Source of the DNA: Octopus bimaculoides | Lineage: Eukaryota | NCBI RefSeq assembly: GCF_001194135.2 | Contig: NC_068995.1 | Span: forward strand, 15,720,948-15,784,947 | DNA length: 64,000 nucleotides | Reading direction: 5' to 3' | Part shown: positions 63,830-64,000 of the stretch, in pieces | How positions within the stretch are numbered: the stretch's first letter is position 1 | Layout of the letters: every line of letters begins with the position of its first letter | Position numbers and translations under genes: made by a program | The notes under the pieces: generated by a model | Seen by the model: only the letters and a program-made list of their open reading frames with translations | Database searches by the model: none | What the model was told of the DNA's origin: nothing

Positions 63830-64000
63830 TTTATATATATATGAATTTATATATATTATATATATGTTTATATATATATATATGAATTTATATATATTAT
63901 ATATATGTTTATATATATATATGAATTTATATATATTATATATATGTTTATATATATATATGAATTTATATATATTATATATATGTTTATATATATATAT
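63830..64000. repeat. AT-rich minisatellite, 39-41 bp unit, at least 4 copies
   Basis: tgaattt recurs at 63842, 63883, 63922 and 63961. Confidence 0.9.

Noticed and set aside
1-64000. CRISPR arrays, rRNA, operon-like or prokaryotic features
   Set aside because: No regularly spaced repeat-spacer units or rRNA-like sequence. The recurring repeats are dispersed SINEs and microsatellites of a eukaryotic genome.

Overview
AT-rich, repeat-saturated animal genomic DNA with about ten N gaps, most bordered by (TA)n. It is most likely octopus/cephalopod: this is an inference from the recalled SINE families and microsatellite load, not a database match. No intact host protein-coding gene can be supported, and almost all listed ORFs are microsatellite or N artefacts. 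Recognisable content: dozens of tRNA-headed SINE copies from several modular families; Tigger-type, mariner-type and hAT-type MITEs; a near full-length but broken Tigger/pogo transposase (DD32D, ~44.8-46.5 kb); and decayed non-LTR retrotransposons (RTE-like, Tx1-like, R4/Dong-like). The main result of the hunt is a set of minimal type I hammerhead ribozyme (HHR) motifs in several unrelated repeat contexts. One is fully canonical (4077-4131, minus) and sits at the edge of a ~410-bp direct repeat pair. Two mirror-image pairs lie in the arms of foldback elements (10.7-11.0 kb and 61.7-62.7 kb), one near-canonical motif is at 17.2 kb, a degenerate one at 19.7 kb, and one lies in the 3' tail of a tRNA-headed SINE (35.6 kb). 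This pattern suggests non-autonomous Penelope-like/retrozyme-like elements. All alignments and folds were done by eye, and element boundaries marked approximate are estimates.
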